A stretch of 64,000 bases of DNA from Bacillota bacterium (lineage in GTDB: Bacteria; Bacillota; DTU025). The DNA is taken from the NCBI GenBank assembly GCA_050951805.1, contig JBMNJT010000004.1:32001-96000 (forward strand). The letters run 5' to 3'. Of the stretch, positions 46,581 through 56,332 are shown piece by piece; positions within the stretch are counted from its first letter, which is position 1; every line of letters begins with the position of its first letter. The notes beneath the pieces are model-generated. The model searched no databases. It saw only the letters and a list, made by a program, of their open reading frames with translations, and was not told the origin of the DNA. The translations under genes were made by a program, and so were the position numbers.

Positions 46581-47228
46581 GTGCAGTTTCGTGACAGAGC
46601 CGAAGCTGGGGCTCTTTTGGGGAGACGGTTGCAGCAAGAAACATGGAATGACCCAATTGTCCTGGCCTTGCCGCGCGGAGGCGTTCCCGTTGCAGAGTGT
46701 GTAGCTGATGCCATCGGTGGAGAGTTGGGAGTAGTTGTAACGAGAAAGATCGGTGCACCACATAACCGTGAGTTGGCCATAGGCGCTGTAGATCCTGACG
46801 GGAGGACGATTATAGATTCACGCATTGTGCAGGCACTGGCTGTAGATGACTCCTACATCCGCGCCGAAACATCACGGCAATTGCAGGAGATTGAGCGGAG
46901 GATGGCAGAATACTGCGAGAATGGAGACGTGCCAAATCGGAAGGCCCGCGATGTGGTGCTTGTTGATGACGGCATTGCCACGGGATACACGATTCTGGCT
47001 GCCGCAAGGTACGTGCGGCGCCACGGTCCAGCGCGTACAGTGATTGCCACGCCAGTCTGCCCGCCCGATGTTTTTAGCAAGCTCCAGGAAGAGGCGGACA
47101 TGGTAGTGAGCTTGCTGCTCCCGGCGCATTTCATAGCCGTGGGGCAATTCTATGAAGATTTCTCGCAGGTATCGGATGCAGATGTGCGCAACATCTTGAC
47201 TCGCGTTCACACAAAAGGTAGTTGCTGA
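46581..47228 (+). CDS. Phosphoribosyltransferase-family protein
   Basis: FRDRAEAG, ALPRGGVPV, VLVDDGIATG, AVGQFYEDF. Confidence 0.9.
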   Translation: MQFRDRAEAGALLGRRLQQETWNDPIVLALPRGGVPVAECVADAIGGELGVVVTRKIGAPHNRELAIGAVDPDGRTIIDSRIVQALAVDDSYIRAETSRQLQEIERRMAEYCENGDVPNRKARDVVLVDDGIATGYTILAAARYVRRHGPARTVIATPVCPPDVFSKLQEEADMVVSLLLPAHFIAVGQFYEDFSQVSDADVRNILTRVHTKGSC

Positions 47229-47852
47229 TCATGTTTTCTGGTCCTCGCTGGTTAAGTAGTTCACGATCCCACCTGCTATTGCCTGAGCCATCCGTATTAC
47301 CAGGGACAGACGGGTGTTCTGAAGCACCAGATACTCCATGAACCCACCAACGTTGACTATTCCTGTAATGTGCGCATCGCCTATTGGGGGAAGGTCCTTG
47401 TTTACCCCGGTTCCAGGCTTGAGTGGTCCTTCGGCAACGGTGATGTAGCCGACACTTCCAAGCTTGCCGAGGCAAGCATCGACTGCAAGAAGTCTGCATC
47501 TGCCCGGCTGTGCGGGACTGATTTGGACAATGATGTCGGAGAGGTTGCCTGCATGGACAGGGTTCTCCAAGGTGCCTATTACTTTGACGGATTCGTGGAT
47601 TATCTGACGCTCAGCAAGATTGGAACCGACTAAGGGTCCTAGCGCGTCCCCTGTTGATCTGTCAGTACCGACGCATACGATGATAAGGCTGGGTGCGTTC
47701 GGACCTGGAGGAGCCCCCAAATTTGCCAGAAGAGCCTGCGCAAGGGAACTGCTCACATCAGGCGTGTCGACGTGGGCTCTGAAGGGTGTCTTCTCTCGGT
47801 GCGCCAGTGCAGGTTGACAGGTTTCGGCCATGGCGTCAAAGCTGCTATCCAT
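47229..47852 (-). CDS. yyaC: Spore protease YyaC (DUF1256)
   Basis: CVGTDRSTGDALGPLVG, PVHAGN, DACLG, LQNTRL. Confidence 0.92.
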   Translation of the reverse strand: MDSSFDAMAETCQPALAHREKTPFRAHVDTPDVSSSLAQALLANLGAPPGPNAPSLIIVCVGTDRSTGDALGPLVGSNLAERQIIHESVKVIGTLENPVHAGNLSDIIVQISPAQPGRCRLLAVDACLGKLGSVGYITVAEGPLKPGTGVNKDLPPIGDAHITGIVNVGGFMEYLVLQNTRLSLVIRMAQAIAGGIVNYLTSEDQKT

Positions 47853-48370
47853 TTTGCGACCCCACACCTCCCTTGTCTGAGCGCCGTTTCGCAGCAATGG
47901 ACGGGAATGATTCTCTAGGTTGCGGCATTTGAAGTATATGAGTGTGCTGCCCCTTATATGTGGTCTGCGGGGTACGCTTGTCCACGATGCAATCGCCTAC
48001 AGGATGGTACGCAGAAGTTGGAGCGAAAAAGCGTCTGGCAACAGAAGGAGAATCATTCGCGCAAGGGGAAATTGGCACCTTGAGGCTTTTCCCGGACTGC
48101 ATCTATCTATAGCGCGGAACGGCTGTACACGGCCGGCCAATAGCGGGAAACTAGTAAAGAGCCGGTGCTACTGTCAGGCGTGAGCTGAGGGGCACGCATT
48201 GTTCTTGCGGCTAGGGTTTGAATCTTAGACCAAGTCAGGCTGCCAAAAAGCAATCACCGCGGCGATAAGCGCATTCATCAAGCCATAGCGCCTGTTGACT
48301 CTAACTGCAGCTCTCGAAAGCCGCCTTATCTTCTCTTTGGGGTTAGAAGCTATGAAATGCGGCTTTACCT

Positions 48371-48399
48371 TTGTGGATGCTGTAGTTGACCAGTATAAT
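48371..48399 (+). promoter_or_regulatory. Possible SigA promoter ~490 nt upstream of the VanW gene
   Basis: TTGTGG-N17-TATAAT. Confidence 0.45.
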
Positions 48400-48887
48400 G
48401 TGAATCCGCCTGTCGGGTAGTAGGAAACGACGTATTCAAGGAACTCAAGCTAACCCACTCTATCGGATTGATGGTGGACGTAGCCGCCTTTGCGGATATT
48501 GAGACCGTAGGAATCCGGGTTTGATTACTGCATAGCCCTCATAGCCGCCAGAAGACCAAGGTCGTATCTTATCCCGGACGAGAACGAGGTTTCCAGACAC
48601 TATGGAACTCGGGGGCCCCTTTTGTGGCGTAAATCGTGGCCAAACGACGTCGATGCCGTCTTTTGATATGACATGAGGTGGATGTGTGCTGCATGGCCTT
48701 AACTGTTGAAATCTCGTAATCATTTTGGCCTCAAAAGCGCCACCTGGCCGGAGGCGGGCCTCCTTTCAGGGCAGGCCTGGCGCGATGGTTTGTGCCCGGG
48801 TTCGCATGGCGTGCAAGGGTGTTCACTTTTGTGGTAATATTGGTCACAACCTTACCCTATTCATATTGCGGAGGCAAGAGATTTCTT

Positions 48888-50318
48888 ATGCGTATTGATA
48901 CTAGTGGGAAGCGGAAGACAATACTCCTGGCGCTCATCTTTGTCGCGGCTGTGGCTGCAGGCATGTGCCTGGGTGCGAGGGGCGCCGTAGTGGCAGCGCT
49001 CTTCGACAATGAGCGCATATGCCGGGGGGTGTCGATTGACGGCGTCAGTGTCGGAGATCTTACTGTCTCCGAGGCTCGTTCGCGCCTGGAAGAACTCGTT
49101 CGGGAGTATGAGGAGTCTCCGATCTCAATGAGGTGCCAAGACGCTATCTGGCGTGTTAACCCTGGCGATCTTGGGGTTAGGATCGAGTTCGAAGCCGCCC
49201 TGAGGGCTGCTCATAGCTTGGGGCGGTCTGGTCACTTCTGCGAAAGGATCGCTGAGAGAGCGTCAATATCTCGGTCGGGTTACGACATTAGCTGGACTGT
49301 GACAGTCGATGAGCAGCTGCTCCGAGACTTTGTTTTTGCCATGGCGCAGCAGGTTGAGACTGCTCCCGTAGATGCAAGGCTCGTCATACATGACGATGAC
49401 CGTGTTTCCATCGAGCCGGATTCAGATGGCTGGCTGTTGGACACGGTCGAGTTCATCAATGCGCTAAGGAAGGCCACTACGTCTCGGTCGCCACGGGAGT
49501 TGGAGATTCCTGTGAGGCGCATGCCTGCAAAATGTAGCACAGCATCCATCGAAGCCAAGGGCATTCGCCGCCTGATATCTGCATATACAACTAAGTTCGA
49601 CGCGAGAAAAACCAATCGGGTGAATAACATCAGGCTTGGGGCACAAAAACTGAACAATAGGATGCTTGCTCCCGGCGAGGTGATGTCCTTCAACGACGTG
49701 GTTGGTCCGAGGATCCCCGAGAGAGGGTTCATGGAAGCGGACATAATCTTCGATTCCCAGCTTGTTCCCGGGGTTGGCGGCGGCATATGTCAGGTTTCAA
49801 CTACGCTATACAACGCTGCATTGCTCGGGCTGATGGAGCCCGTGTCCCGCACAAACCATTCATTGCCGATAAGCTATGTGTCTATGGGAAGAGATGCTGC
49901 CGTTTCGTACGGATCCATCGATCTCAAGATTAAGAACACGACCGCCCACTATGTCTTGATACGATCGTATGTCGGGAGTGACACTGTTTCGTTCAAGATT
50001 TACGGGGATATGCCCGACAACATGGATGTAAGCATATACACGGAGGTTGTAGAGAGGCTCGAACCCAGCACAATAGAACGAGTTGATTATCTGGCGCCCC
50101 CGGGATCTGCGAGGGTGGAAAGTGATGGAAAGCCTGGCTACGTCGTGTCAGTATGGCGCATTATCAAGGTCGACGGTGTCGAGGCTAGGAGAGAGCTGAT
50201 ATCTCGGGATCGCTACAAGCCTCAACCTAAGGTAGTAGTGCTTGGTCCGACTGCCGCGCCAACAGCGACCGAACCGGAACCGAGTCTGCCTTCGATAGTG
50301 GATCCACCACAGGGATAG
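48888..50318 (+). CDS. VanW-family protein (TM, PG-binding, VanW and G5 domains; YoaR-like)
   Basis: SFNDVVG, GGGICQVSTTLYNA, HSLPISYV..GRDAAV. Confidence 0.9.
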   Translation: MRIDTSGKRKTILLALIFVAAVAAGMCLGARGAVVAALFDNERICRGVSIDGVSVGDLTVSEARSRLEELVREYEESPISMRCQDAIWRVNPGDLGVRIEFEAALRAAHSLGRSGHFCERIAERASISRSGYDISWTVTVDEQLLRDFVFAMAQQVETAPVDARLVIHDDDRVSIEPDSDGWLLDTVEFINALRKATTSRSPRELEIPVRRMPAKCSTASIEAKGIRRLISAYTTKFDARKTNRVNNIRLGAQKLNNRMLAPGEVMSFNDVVGPRIPERGFMEADIIFDSQLVPGVGGGICQVSTTLYNAALLGLMEPVSRTNHSLPISYVSMGRDAAVSYGSIDLKIKNTTAHYVLIRSYVGSDTVSFKIYGDMPDNMDVSIYTEVVERLEPSTIERVDYLAPPGSARVESDGKPGYVVSVWRIIKVDGVEARRELISRDRYKPQPKVVVLGPTAAPTATEPEPSLPSIVDPPQG

Positions 50319-50348
50319 AAGAATGGCTGTGCATGGAGCTGAAATGTT

Positions 50349-50846
50349 ATGACACGTGTGCTTCTTGCCGTAGAAATAGCGAGTTTCATCCTTATGGGCT
50401 TCGTAATAGGCAGCTATGTCGATTCAAAGCAAGGGACTAGGCCATGGGGAACGATAATCGGCTTTCTTGTGGGTCTGTTTTTGGGCGTGATGAGCGTGCG
50501 CCGAGCAATCGATGAGATCTCGTCTCGGGCTGTTGCGGGGGAGGGCCCGAAAGTCGTAAAGGTTGTTCGCCGCCCCATTAGTGTCCGGGCAGATGAAGCA
50601 AGCGGGGATCCCAAAGCCTTTTATTACCGGGGGACGGAGCACAAAGTGGAGGCGGTCATGAGCAAATGGAGGGATTTCACTTCTTCCGATAAAGCTATGT
50701 TGGGCGGAAAGCGGAAGGAGAGGGACTGGTGGTTGAACGGATGCGGAAAGGTGAACTACAGGATAAGAACTGAGGATGGAAGAGTCTTTGATCTACAATA
50801 TGACGAGAGGAAATCAGAATGGATTCTCGACAAGTTTCTGGAATGA
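50349..50846 (+). CDS. AtpZ/AtpI-like TM hairpin fused to a DUF6504-like domain
   Basis: N-terminal G..IG.YVD...GT.PWG.I.G...G; C-terminal PKAFYYRG...V..KW...WW...YRIRT.DG..FDL.YD....W.L. Confidence 0.65.
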   Translation: MTRVLLAVEIASFILMGFVIGSYVDSKQGTRPWGTIIGFLVGLFLGVMSVRRAIDEISSRAVAGEGPKVVKVVRRPISVRADEASGDPKAFYYRGTEHKVEAVMSKWRDFTSSDKAMLGGKRKERDWWLNGCGKVNYRIRTEDGRVFDLQYDERKSEWILDKFLE

Positions 50847-51430
50847 CATGCTGTGAAAAAGAGACGGATAATGGCGATGGCGGGTCTAAATCGGCGTCAT
50901 TATGGGACATGTTCTGGACATTCTTCAGAATAGGTGCGTTTACCATAGGCGGGGGATATGTGATGGTTCCCTTAATTCAGAAGGACGTGGTTGACAGGAA
51001 GGGTTGGGTCACCAAGGATGAATTCATCGATGCGCTAGCAATTGCGCAGACGGCACCCGGCCCGATAGCCGTCAATACGTCCGTATATGTAGGCTATGCG
51101 CTAAGGGGTTTTGCGGGTGCCGCAGCATCTGTAGCAGGCTGCATCATTCCATCTATAATAATAATCTTGATGATAGCATCGGTCTTCGATCGAATCTCCT
51201 CGCTAGATGTGGTCCAGGCGATTTTCTCTGGCATACGCCCAGCTGTTGCAGTCCTTATCGCATCCGCTGCCATAAAACTAGGAAAACCGGTGATCCGCTC
51301 CGCCGGAGAATTGGCGATAGCCGCGGCTGCGGCGATAATGGTTTCTTTGCTTCATATCAGCCCTGCGCTGGTGGTTGTCATTGCTGCATTGGCAGGTCTT
51401 CTGACCGGGATTGGAGGAGATTCAAGATGA
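50843..51430 (+). CDS. Short-chain chromate transporter, subunit 1
   Basis: FFRIGAFTIGGG, AQTAPGPIAVN; ATGA overlap with the upstream gene. Confidence 0.9.
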   Translation: MTCCEKETDNGDGGSKSASLWDMFWTFFRIGAFTIGGGYVMVPLIQKDVVDRKGWVTKDEFIDALAIAQTAPGPIAVNTSVYVGYALRGFAGAAASVAGCIIPSIIIILMIASVFDRISSLDVVQAIFSGIRPAVAVLIASAAIKLGKPVIRSAGELAIAAAAAIMVSLLHISPALVVVIAALAGLLTGIGGDSR

Positions 51431-51948
51431 ACCTCCTCCACATATACCTCAGTTTTGCCAAGGTTGGGCTTTTCACGTTCGGCGGCGGGTATGCTATGCT
51501 GCCGCTGATTGAATCTGACATTATTCAAAAGCGCGGCTGGTTGACTATGGCGGAATTCACGGACATGGTCGCAATTGCCGAGGTTACACCCGGGCCCATA
51601 GCCGTGAATAGCGCCACGTTTGTAGGGTACAAGCTTGCCGGGATAATAGGTGGAATCGTAGCTACACTAGGCGTCATAACCCCATCAATAGTCATTGTCT
51701 TGGCTCTTGCTGCTCTTGTTAGAAAATATGAGCGCACCGCCACGCTTAGTAGGATCAAGGTCGGCATGCGACCGGCTGTTGCGGGCCTGATAGCTGCCGC
51801 AGCAATATCCGTAGCAAAGGTGTCGATGGCTGAACCTCGTTCATATGCAGTAGCCGCTGCAGCAGCGGTCATGGTTTTTGTAGGCAAGATTGACCCCATC
51901 CTGGTCCTTGCTGTATGCGGGATTCTGGGAGCGCTCATCTTTTTCTGA
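51427..51948 (+). CDS. Short-chain chromate transporter, subunit 2
   Basis: KVGLFTFGGGYAM, AEVTPGPIAVNSATFVG. Confidence 0.9.
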   Translation: MNLLHIYLSFAKVGLFTFGGGYAMLPLIESDIIQKRGWLTMAEFTDMVAIAEVTPGPIAVNSATFVGYKLAGIIGGIVATLGVITPSIVIVLALAALVRKYERTATLSRIKVGMRPAVAGLIAAAAISVAKVSMAEPRSYAVAAAAAVMVFVGKIDPILVLAVCGILGALIFF

Positions 51949-52313
51949 GTCTGACTATAACGATGCAGGTGCGCCCTTGCCAACGGAAAAATGGGCTCAT
52001 CACGGTCTCAAGGAGTCTCCACATATCGCATCCCTCCCGATGATTCCAGGGCCGCGCGACGGCTGCATTTCATTATATTTTTCGTGCAGCCGAAAGTGAT
52101 GGCATGGGGCATATTAAAGCAAGTCAGCAGTTTGTTGATTGCCCAGGATGATTCGCCGCTTTACACGGCCTGGCAGAGAGCGAGCGTCTGGAAGCGGCTT
52201 GAAGGGGCGGCTAGGTTATGGCCGCGAGGATCGCAAAAGCGTGCCAAACTCATATGAGAGGAGGGAAGGGTGGCACATTTCCGGAAATCCCGGAAATGCA
52301 CCGCCAGATATCC

Positions 52314-53756
52314 ATGATTGTTAGCCTTGCTACCTTCGAACACCTGCCCAAACGTGTTGGGGGTCTTGCAGAAGCTGCCACGTCTATAGGGGAGTCTCTA
52401 GCCAGGGAGAACGAGGTAATGGTCTTCATGCCGTCACACGGCATACATAAGACCGAGAAGACGCTGAAAATCAGAAAGTACGGGAAGTTTGCTCTGGACG
52501 CAGGTTCAGCTTCAACGCAGATTACCATGTATGAAATGGAACGAAATGGAGTACGCGTTTTCTTGTTGAGTGATGAGGTTATGGACCACCCAGATGTATA
52601 CATGCCAAGGGAGATGCTGACGGCCAAGATACTCCGATTCGCTTATGCCTTTCCTGCCGCAATCAACTTGATCATGGGGAAGGAAGGGAAGAAACCGGAT
52701 GTGGCCCACATCAATGATTGGCATTGCGTATTGGGAGGAGCTGCAGCCAAAAAATACCTCGAGATACCCATGGCCTACACCATACACCGCATCTGCCGCG
52801 AAAAAATCGCCGTGAAGGATATGGAGGATGCGGGCCTATCGGAATTCATCGACCCTGAATCAATCGAAATCTCGGGAAAGCGGGAAATGTTCAATCTCGA
52901 AACGTATGGCTGTAGGGTCTGTGACCATCTAAATACCGTCAGCTACTCATACCTTTGTGAGGAATGGGATGAGTTTTTCGGGAAGTATGCCGGAAAGGCG
53001 ACCTACGTTTGGAATGGGATGGATCATTCCTTTTGGGATCCGGCCAAACTCGAACGGGCCGGCATGCCAAGGAGGGAACGCCGCGCTGCGTTGCTCAAAG
53101 AAAATGGAATGGAAGACGGAACGCTCTACTTTTATGTTGGCCGGTTCGATATGGAGCAAAAAGGCGTAGACCACATGTTTGAGGCAATCCGCATGATCTT
53201 CGATGGAGAGGTTGCCGGGGCAGATAGGCTAATTCCGAACTTGAGGGTTGTGGTCTTAGGCTCGGGAGATCCAGTACTCGAAGCCATGGCCCGGGACATG
53301 GAGAAGAAGTATCCGAAAAACGTAAGAGCGATCATAGGATACTTAGGAAGGGAAACTACTAGGGAATACTATGGAGCATCAGACTTTTGTCTGATTCCGT
53401 CCAATTTCGAGCCCTTTGGCCTTGTTCAGCTCGAGGCGATGTGCATGGGGTCGATTCCCATAGGCACAAGAGTAGGGGGCATAAACGATACAGTCCTTGA
53501 CATCGACAAAGCCAAGGAAAACGCCACCGGCAAGCTGGTTTCCCCACGTAAACCCAAGGAACTAGCTGCTGCCATGGTCAAAATGGGCATTCTCGACATG
53601 GATGACCCTTCTAAGATCGAGAAGATCAGGGCCAATGGCAGGCCCCATGTCATGACCAATTTCACATGGGATCGGGCGGCCCAAAGATACTTGGCAATGT
53701 ACCAGGGAAAGGCATCGATCATGTTGCCATTTGCGGATTACGGAGGTCCGTTTTAA
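52314..53756 (+). CDS. glgA: Glycogen synthase-like GT5 glycosyltransferase, archaeal type
   Basis: FEHLPKRVGGLAEA..PSHG, HINDWH, VGRFD.EQKG, PSNFEPFGLVQLEAM; start uncertain. Confidence 0.8.
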   Translation: MIVSLATFEHLPKRVGGLAEAATSIGESLARENEVMVFMPSHGIHKTEKTLKIRKYGKFALDAGSASTQITMYEMERNGVRVFLLSDEVMDHPDVYMPREMLTAKILRFAYAFPAAINLIMGKEGKKPDVAHINDWHCVLGGAAAKKYLEIPMAYTIHRICREKIAVKDMEDAGLSEFIDPESIEISGKREMFNLETYGCRVCDHLNTVSYSYLCEEWDEFFGKYAGKATYVWNGMDHSFWDPAKLERAGMPRRERRAALLKENGMEDGTLYFYVGRFDMEQKGVDHMFEAIRMIFDGEVAGADRLIPNLRVVVLGSGDPVLEAMARDMEKKYPKNVRAIIGYLGRETTREYYGASDFCLIPSNFEPFGLVQLEAMCMGSIPIGTRVGGINDTVLDIDKAKENATGKLVSPRKPKELAAAMVKMGILDMDDPSKIEKIRANGRPHVMTNFTWDRAAQRYLAMYQGKASIMLPFADYGGPF

Positions 53757-53774
53757 TCAAGGAGGCCAGGCACC

Positions 53775-54782
53775 ATGCCAGAATTCAGGCAAGACATCAT
53801 CACAGGAAACTGGGTTATCGTTGCGAAGGAAAGGGCTAAAAGGCCGGAAGACTTTTCCGAGCCGGAGAAACCCCGTAAGGAACGTTTTCGCGAAAACTGT
53901 CCATTCTGCGTAGGAAACGAGAAGCAAACGCCACCTGAGGTCTATGCCATCAGGGAAGAAGGCGCAGAACCCGACACCCCTGGCTGGAAAGTGAGGGCCG
54001 TCCCCAACAAGTTTCCCGCGCTTACATCAAATGGCCAGGTTAACACGGGCGATGTTGGCATTTATCGCACGATGTCAGGCATAGGGGCCCATGAGGTAAT
54101 TTTGGAGACGCCTGATCATGACAGAAGTCCTGCCTATCTGACTGAGGAAGAGATCGCAGATGTAATAGCAACCTATCGCCATCGCCACCGTGTGCTCTTG
54201 GAGGATGAGAGGATCCAATATGTGTCTATTTTCCGCAACCATGGCAGAATTGCAGGAGCTTCTCTGGAGCATCCGCATTCGCAGATAATAGCTACGCCAA
54301 TAGTTCCGCCTCTTGTCCAGCATTCTATCTCCTCGGCCAAGGATTACCACGATCGAACGGGCAGATGTGCCTACTGCCATGTCCTTGAGGAGGAGCGGAA
54401 GGCGGGCGTGCGAGTGGTATACAGCAACCCTGGGTTCATCGTGTTTGAGCCATTTGCGTCGAGGACGCCATTTGAGACATGGATAATGCCGCTGCGCCAT
54501 TCCCCATCCTTCGGCGACATCTCAGACCAGGAGATTGAGCAGCTTGCAGATGCTCTCGGATTGACCCTGCGTAAGATCGCCCAAGGACTGAACGATCCGG
54601 CATACAATTACATGATACGCACTGCTCCGACCGTTAGCGAATACGATGGCGCGGAGTACTTGCATTGGCATATCAGCATATTGCCTAAGCTGGCCATAGC
54701 GGCCGGATTCGAAATGGGGACAGGCATATACATCAATACTGCGACACCTGAGGACACAGCTAAATTCCTGAGGAGTATATGA
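53775..54782 (+). CDS. galT: GalT-family nucleotidyltransferase (HPHSQ type)
   Basis: ERAKRP, CPFC.GNE, NKFPAL, GASLEHPHSQ, HWH, AGFEMGTG. Confidence 0.88.
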   Translation: MPEFRQDIITGNWVIVAKERAKRPEDFSEPEKPRKERFRENCPFCVGNEKQTPPEVYAIREEGAEPDTPGWKVRAVPNKFPALTSNGQVNTGDVGIYRTMSGIGAHEVILETPDHDRSPAYLTEEEIADVIATYRHRHRVLLEDERIQYVSIFRNHGRIAGASLEHPHSQIIATPIVPPLVQHSISSAKDYHDRTGRCAYCHVLEEERKAGVRVVYSNPGFIVFEPFASRTPFETWIMPLRHSPSFGDISDQEIEQLADALGLTLRKIAQGLNDPAYNYMIRTAPTVSEYDGAEYLHWHISILPKLAIAAGFEMGTGIYINTATPEDTAKFLRSI

Positions 54783-54925
54783 CGGGAGATCTGTTTTTTC
54801 GGCCCAAGTGCGGGCGCTTTCGCGCTCGCGGAGCAAGATCGAGCATAGTCCCCCCAATGCTGGTTATCCTATAACCACGATTGGCGAATCAAACCAGCAC
54901 ATGTACTGGGGGGGCAGAAGAGTCG

Positions 54926-55261
54926 ATGAGTCAGTGGTTAGGACATATTGTGAGACTTGTTGTGTCGGCGATCGTGTTGATGCTAATCTCATCTCTCATA
55001 CCAGGTTTTGCAAGTTTAACGTTTGGGACGGCATTAGTTGCAGCGGTGGTCATAACTGTGCTTGGATGGCTGGTCGAAGCCATCCTCGGGCATGGGGTAT
55101 CCCCGTATGCAAGGGGTATTGTGGGCTTTCTCGTGTCAGCAGTGGTGATATATGCTACGTCGTTCATAGTGCCGGGCATGACCATAACCGTTGCAGGCGC
55201 CTTGCTAGCGGCATTTGTGATTGGGCTTGTTGACATGTTTGTCCCGACCACCTTGCGCTAG
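54926..55261 (+). CDS. 4-TM phage-holin-like / YvlD family membrane protein
   Basis: Four hydrophobic segments, IVPG and ALLAA pattern. Confidence 0.75.
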   Translation: MSQWLGHIVRLVVSAIVLMLISSLIPGFASLTFGTALVAAVVITVLGWLVEAILGHGVSPYARGIVGFLVSAVVIYATSFIVPGMTITVAGALLAAFVIGLVDMFVPTTLR

Positions 55262-55262
55262 T

Positions 55263-55278
55263 AGTTTCACGTGAAACA
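55263..55278. promoter_or_regulatory. parS site (intergenic)
   Basis: AGTTTCACGTGAAACA (15/16 match to consensus). Confidence 0.9.
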
Positions 55279-55295
55279 ATTGATGCCTGCGCCCA

Positions 55296-55331
55296 CCCCT
55301 TTCGGCAGTTGGCCGGGAGGGGTTTCACTTT
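55296..55331 (+). terminator. Intrinsic terminator
   Basis: CCCCTTTCGGC-AGTTG-GCCGGGAGGGG then TTTCACTTT. Confidence 0.7.
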
Positions 55332-55396
55332 ATCAGGCAGGACAAGTTGAGGTGATGTCTAACATAAGCTATGTGTGAAGATAGGGGTGGTCGCTT

Positions 55397-56332
55397 ATGG
55401 AGACAGAAGCGCTGTCATCCTCCGCAGTGGACGACATTGTGGCCGGAGGATTCTCCAAACAGGCTCTTACGGATAAAACGGTGGTTATCCTATCGTCCTT
55501 GATCAAGATAGGGACGATAGTCTTGATCTCTGCCCTGATTCTTCGCATTTCCTTTCGCGTGATCGATCGCCTTTTCAGGAGTCGCGAAGATGAACATATC
55601 GCCTTGTTCAAGGACACGCGCCGTCTTGTTACTCTTAGAACGGTGAGCAAGAGCATTGTCAGGTATGTTGTATATTTCATCGGAGGAATCATGATCCTTT
55701 CTGAGCTAGGAGTCGATACTGCCAGCCTGATTGCAGGAGCAGGAATTGTGGGATTGGCTGTGGGAATTGGCGCTCAGAACCTTGTCAAGGATGTAATAAC
55801 GGGATTTTTCGTTCTATTTGAGGACCAATATGCCGTCGGAGATTACATTGCGGTTGCCGGGGTCTCAGGCGTGGTGGAGTCGATTGGAATACGGGTGACG
55901 CGCATTCGCGACTTTGCCGGGCAGCTCTACATTATCCCCAATGGTTCTATAGGCATGGTAACAAATTATCGTGGGCATAACATGCGGGTCTTGTTTGATG
56001 TGATAGTCCCGTATTCTACCGACATAGAACATGCACTGCGCGTGCTTCAGAAGGCCTTCGACGAACAGAAGGCGAGCATTCCGGGGATTGCGGATGGTCC
56101 CCGCGTATTGGGAGTCCAAGAGATGAATGAAACGGGGGTTTTCCTCCGAGTGTGGGCAACTGCGAAGCCCATGGAGCAGTGGTCTGTAGAGAGGCAGCTG
56201 AAGATGATAGCGAGAAAGGCTCTTGATGATGCCGGAGTAGATCCCCCAGTGACGCACCAACGCATAATCATTGATAGATTTTCGGATCCAGTAGGCTCAC
56301 AGGCTGAGGAAGGCGGGGAATGCGAAGCATGA
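55397..56332 (+). CDS. Small-conductance mechanosensitive channel (MscS/YkuT-like)
   Basis: GAGIVGLAVGIGAQNLVKD, GVVESIGIRVT, IPNG. Confidence 0.92.
   Translation: METEALSSSAVDDIVAGGFSKQALTDKTVVILSSLIKIGTIVLISALILRISFRVIDRLFRSREDEHIALFKDTRRLVTLRTVSKSIVRYVVYFIGGIMILSELGVDTASLIAGAGIVGLAVGIGAQNLVKDVITGFFVLFEDQYAVGDYIAVAGVSGVVESIGIRVTRIRDFAGQLYIIPNGSIGMVTNYRGHNMRVLFDVIVPYSTDIEHALRVLQKAFDEQKASIPGIADGPRVLGVQEMNETGVFLRVWATAKPMEQWSVERQLKMIARKALDDAGVDPPVTHQRIIIDRFSDPVGSQAEEGGECEA

Noticed and set aside
54926-55261. Prophage signal from the holin-like gene
   Set aside because: YvlD-type membrane proteins are common chromosomal genes and no phage genes are nearby
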